Shown here in pieces: positions 60,591 to 64,000 of a stretch of 64,000 nucleotides of DNA; positions within the stretch are counted from its first letter, which is position 1, and each line of letters begins with the position of its first letter. Position numbers and translations under genes: made by a program. The DNA lies in NCBI GenBank assembly GCA_937980645.1, contig CALJPQ010000009.1:54018-118017 (forward strand). Direction: 5' to 3'. This DNA comes from an uncultured Saprospiraceae bacterium (GTDB lineage Bacteria; Bacteroidota; Bacteroidia; Chitinophagales; Saprospiraceae). The notes beneath the pieces were generated by a model. The model saw nothing but the letters and a program-made list of their open reading frames with translations. It ran no database searches and was not told the origin of the DNA.

Positions 60591-61586
60591 TCAGACCTTC
60601 AGTACTACTTTCCCAAAGTTCGTCCCAGTGTACAGTTTCATCAATGCCGGATAGAAGTTCTCAATGCCATCCACGAAGTCCGTGCGGGTGTGCATCTGGC
60701 CGTTTTTGAGCCATTGCGACAGTTGGGCTACGGCTTCGGGATATCGCTCCTGGAAGTCGAAGACGATGATGCCGGTGAGTGTTCCGCGGGCGGTTACGAT
60801 TTTCATATAGTTGCGTGGGCCGCGCATAGTGGGTTCGTTGTACTGCGAAATGGCACCGCAGATGACCACGCGAGCACCGCGGGCCAGGTGTGCCAGGCCC
60901 AGGTCGAGGATATCGCCCCCGACGTTGTCGTAGAGGATATCTATGCCTTTGGGGCACAGCTCGCGGATGCGCGCTTCAACGTCCTCCGTTTTGTAGTTGA
61001 TGGCTCCGTCGAAGCCGCATTCTTGCAGGAGATAGCGGCATTTTTCGTCGGAGCCGGCGGTGCCTATGGCTCGGCAACCCTTAATTTTAGCAATTTGGCC
61101 CACTGTGGAGCCGATGATGCCAGCGGCTCCGGAGATGAAGACCGTTTCGCCGGGCTGGGGTTTTCCGCGTTCCAGCAGGCCAAAGTAGGCCGTCATGCCA
61201 GGCATGCCCAGGATACCGAGGTGCCATTCCAGGGGGCCGAGCGACAGATCAAGGCGGCTTAGCTGATGGGCGGGCATGGTTGCATAGGTTTGGGCGCCGA
61301 GTAATCCACTGACGTAGTCGCCTTCGGCGATGGTCGAATGGCGGGACTGGATAACACGGCCGGCAGCGAAGGCGCGCATGACTTCGCCCAGGGCTACGCC
61401 GCGGATGTACGTAGTACCTTCGTTCATCCAGCCGCGCATGGCAGGGTCGAGGGAGATCATTTCTATCCGGACGAGGACTTCGCCTTCTGCAGGGGCAGGC
61501 ACGGGGGCCTCGTCCAACCGAAAGTTGTCGGGTTTAGGCATGCCCATGGGGCGCGAAACCAACAGGATGCGCTTGTTTTCAGCCAT
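60591..61586 (-). CDS. NADP-dependent oxidoreductase, MDR superfamily (YncB/PTGR1-like enone reductase)
   Basis: MAENKRILLVSRPMGMPKPDNFRLDE... and ISGAAGIIGSTVGQIAKIKGCRAIGTAGS. Start placed at the ATG at 61586, an 8-nt overlap with the hyuB stop. Confidence 0.85.
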   Translation of the reverse strand: MAENKRILLVSRPMGMPKPDNFRLDEAPVPAPAEGEVLVRIEMISLDPAMRGWMNEGTTYIRGVALGEVMRAFAAGRVIQSRHSTIAEGDYVSGLLGAQTYATMPAHQLSRLDLSLGPLEWHLGILGMPGMTAYFGLLERGKPQPGETVFISGAAGIIGSTVGQIAKIKGCRAIGTAGSDEKCRYLLQECGFDGAINYKTEDVEARIRELCPKGIDILYDNVGGDILDLGLAHLARGARVVICGAISQYNEPTMRGPRNYMKIVTARGTLTGIIVFDFQERYPEAVAQLSQWLKNGQMHTRTDFVDGIENFYPALMKLYTGTNFGKVVLKV

Positions 61587-63264
61587 GTTGCGGGTGTTGG
61601 GGATGAGCAGAGGGGGTGGCTGGGCGATAGCGTTTGGTCGCCTGGGGCGCTCCGTAGCCACCCCCGCCCGGCAGTTCCATGACGAGTGTTTCGCCGGGCA
61701 GCAGGGTATCGTGCCCTTTGGGTGGTGTAAAGCGCCGTTTGCCTTGAGGTGTCAGCACGTAGAGCCGCCCTCGCCGTCCGGTTTTGCCGCCGAAGAGGCC
61801 GTAGGCCTGATGGCGGATTTTTTCCGTTACGTTGCTGATATGGATGGGGTGCTGGCCGATATTTTGATAGGCGAAACGCTGGCCCGCACCGCCGGGATAT
61901 TGGCCGGCGCCACCGCTGCCGGGAATAAGTTTTTTCTCCAGCACCAGCACCGGAGCGTCGTTTTCAAACACTTCTACGGGTACGTTGGCTACGTTTGTCG
62001 GGTAGCAGAGCGTAGGCTCGCCGGGTAGTCCTTTTCGCCCACCATAGCCACCGGCCAGAAAGAGGTACTCTACAAACTCGCGTCCGTCATCGTGGCGGCC
62101 GCTGAGCACCATGACCCACACGGCCGCGCCGCAGTCTGCCTGAACGCGCTCCGGGACGGCTTGGCTCAGTGCCAGCATGACAGGAGCATACAGCAGGTTG
62201 CCCGTTACGTTGCGCGCGCCTAAAGGAGCGGGTTTTTGGGCATTGAGCAGACAGCCTTCGGGCGCCCATACGTGAATAGGCCGGAAGCTGCCTTCGTTGT
62301 TGGGTACCTCTGGGCTGAAGACGCACTTGATGGGGTAAGCGGTATAGGCGAAGACATAATTCAATACCGCATTGATAGCCAATGGATGTGCGGGCGAGGT
62401 GCCGGTGTAGTCCACCCAGATTTCGTCGCCGCGGATGGTCAGGGCACATTTGAGCCGCACAGGATGGTTCAGCCCGTCGCCATCGGCTTCATATTCAGCG
62501 TGGTAGGTGCCATCGGGTGCTTGTCGGATGGCGTCGCGCATGGCCTTTTCGGAGGCAGCGATGATGTGAGCGCCCAGGGTATCTATTTCCGTCAGGCCGT
62601 ACTCGTCCATGAGGCGGAGGAGCGAGCGGATGCCCTGATCGTTGGCGGCTACTTGGGCCAGGATATCTCCCAGCGTTTGTTGTGGGGCGCGTACATTGGT
62701 CTGGATGAGCCGGAAGAGTGTTTCGTTGCGCCGTCCGGCGTCGAACAGTTTCATGGGTGGGATATAAAGCCCTTCTTCATAGAAGTCGCGCGCATTGGCT
62801 CCCCACAAAGTGCCGCCGATGTCGGGGCTGTGGGCGATACAGCCAATGAAGCCGATGAGGCGAGGGTGGCCCTCCGGCGTTTGTCCGTAAAAAATGGGCG
62901 ATACAATGCCGATATCGGGTTTGTGGCCAGCACACAGCCAGGGGTCATTGGTGATGACCACATCGCCTGGCTGCCACTGTTCTGGTGGGAAGTGGTCGCG
63001 CAGCAAGGCCTTGACCAAGAAAGGCAACACGCCCAGGAACGAGGGCACACTTACCGAGCTTTGGGCCAGCGATTGCCCCTGAGTGTCCATGAGCACGACG
63101 GCGAAGTCAGCACTTTCGCGCGTTACAGAGGAGAAGGCTGTGCGCTGTAAGGTCGTGCCGGCTTCGTCCACGATAGAGATGAGCCGAGACCACAGGATGG
63201 ATAGTTCTATCGCATCAAAATCGCGCGGCGTAGGCGATGTTGCGGTGGGTGTGATAGCTGTCAT
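61579..63264 (-). CDS. hyuB: Hydantoinase B / oxoprolinase family protein
   Basis: 561 aa. DAIELSILWSRLISIVDEAGTTLQRTAFS...VITNDPW...GHKPD is the typical HyuB N-terminal region. Confidence 0.9.
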   Translation of the reverse strand: MTAITPTATSPTPRDFDAIELSILWSRLISIVDEAGTTLQRTAFSSVTRESADFAVVLMDTQGQSLAQSSVSVPSFLGVLPFLVKALLRDHFPPEQWQPGDVVITNDPWLCAGHKPDIGIVSPIFYGQTPEGHPRLIGFIGCIAHSPDIGGTLWGANARDFYEEGLYIPPMKLFDAGRRNETLFRLIQTNVRAPQQTLGDILAQVAANDQGIRSLLRLMDEYGLTEIDTLGAHIIAASEKAMRDAIRQAPDGTYHAEYEADGDGLNHPVRLKCALTIRGDEIWVDYTGTSPAHPLAINAVLNYVFAYTAYPIKCVFSPEVPNNEGSFRPIHVWAPEGCLLNAQKPAPLGARNVTGNLLYAPVMLALSQAVPERVQADCGAAVWVMVLSGRHDDGREFVEYLFLAGGYGGRKGLPGEPTLCYPTNVANVPVEVFENDAPVLVLEKKLIPGSGGAGQYPGGAGQRFAYQNIGQHPIHISNVTEKIRHQAYGLFGGKTGRRGRLYVLTPQGKRRFTPPKGHDTLLPGETLVMELPGGGGYGAPQATKRYRPATPSAHPQHPQHG

Positions 63265-63303
63265 GGTCAGATAGATGGACCGGATAATGTCGGCAGTTGT
63301 GGG

Positions 63304-63849
63304 TTACTTTATCGTTTGGTAAAGGACGATGAGGTGGCCGTCGTAGTCCACAAAAGCTTGTTCGATGAAGGCGAACTTGCCGTCGGCGGAGCGGGCTGTT
63401 TTAGGTTCGGTGGTTTCTAAGCCCAAAGCTTTTACTTTTTGCATAGTGGCGGCGATGTCGGGCACGCGGATGACAAGGGCGCTCATGAGTGGTTGGCCGG
63501 GTTTGGGCAGGGGCACTCCGGTTACCTCTGTCAGGGCCAGCGTACGCTCTTGAGTTTTGGTGTCGAGCGTAACAAAGCGAATTTTAGCTTCTTTAGGGAT
63601 GCGAAAGACGGGATAAGAGTAAGACTCGGCCGAAGACTCGGATACAGGTGCGTTGAGGGTGAAGCCCAGGATGTCGCGATAGATGCCCAGAGAGCGCTCG
63701 ATGTCAGACACGACGAGAGTGGCTCGTTTGAAAAGCAGAGCGTTGTCATCGGTGAGACGAGGCGCTGTTGGGCGGCGCTCGGTCGTGCGGCAACCCAGCA
63801 AGAAAAGCGTTGACGCCATTGCCAGCGCAAGACACCAGCCCGCATACAT
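63304..63849 (-). CDS. VOC (glyoxalase/bleomycin-resistance/dioxygenase) family lipoprotein
   Basis: Lipoprotein signal MYAGWCLALAMASTLFLLGC, and the VOC motif ATLVVSDIERSLGIYRDILGF. Start placed at the ATG at 63849, because the hyuA stop lies at 63890. Confidence 0.7.
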   Translation of the reverse strand: MYAGWCLALAMASTLFLLGCRTTERRPTAPRLTDDNALLFKRATLVVSDIERSLGIYRDILGFTLNAPVSESSAESYSYPVFRIPKEAKIRFVTLDTKTQERTLALTEVTGVPLPKPGQPLMSALVIRVPDIAATMQKVKALGLETTEPKTARSADGKFAFIEQAFVDYDGHLIVLYQTIK

Positions 63850-63889
63850 TGTGAGGCACTTATAGGGGTATGAAACGTGAATCATGTTG

Positions 63890-64000
63890 TCAGGACATTT
63901 CGATGATGAGATTGCCGAAGCTGTCGCGCCAGACGACGGCGTCAGGGCCGACGACGGTAGTGCTTTCAAATTCTTCAATGATACAGGGGCCATTGAAGCG
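63890..64000 (-). CDS. hyuA: Hydantoinase A / oxoprolinase family protein, C-terminal fragment (rest off window)
   Basis: Hand translation gives ...RFNGPCIIEEFESTTVVGPDAVVWRDSFGNLIIEMS then a stop (TGA at 63890-63892). This matches the typical HyuA C-terminus and sits upstream of hyuB. Confidence 0.65.
   Translation of the reverse strand, partial: RFNGPCIIEEFESTTVVGPDAVVWRDSFGNLIIEMS

Overview
GC-rich chromosomal window. Hand-counted sample lines give about 53-70% GC, with a few much lower islands. It is most consistent with a Bacteroidota genome: a T9SS C-terminal sorting domain on a secreted amidase, a DUF4783 protein and a BamA/SurA block. There are three blocks. (i) 1-26.7 kb, minus strand: a complete Afp/PVC-type extracellular contractile injection system (eCIS). 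It carries cap, sheath, two tube proteins, a DUF5908-like mini-ORF missing from the ORF track, LysM tube initiator, VgrG spike, PAAR, gp25, a 2073-aa Baseplate_J-like protein with about 8 inserted beta-sandwich modules, a second wedge protein, a repeat-bearing fibre-like protein and a tape-measure-like protein. These are followed by a cargo/accessory module: two DUF4157 putative toxins (one with a PLA2-like domain, one with a second HExxH domain), a low-GC lipoprotein ORF, a 3-TM membrane protein and a degenerate SH3b-subtilase-like protein. No AAA+ ATPase (Afp15 equivalent) is present in the window. An HTH-only AraC-type gene and about 0.84 kb of low-GC non-coding DNA sit upstream. (ii) 28-49 kb: housekeeping genes (cytochrome c, DUF853 ATPase, MFS, lysS, psd, asd, aroK, PAS histidine kinase, sigma/anti-sigma pair, T9SS amidase, PaaE-like reductase, bamA, surA-like chaperones). 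(iii) 49.4-64 kb, minus strand: a tightly packed cluster of about 15 genes of unknown catabolic or tailoring function (hyuA/hyuB, hydantoinase-like amidohydrolase, CoA-transferase, FAD oxidoreductase, hydrolase, enoate-reductase-like MDR, methyltransferase, SnoaL-like, ALDH, SDR, two CpcT-like proteins). No rRNA, tRNA, CRISPR array, transposase or integrase was recognised by eye. Several ORF-track models were trimmed to internal ATGs where the N-terminal extension is clearly read-through of intergenic DNA.
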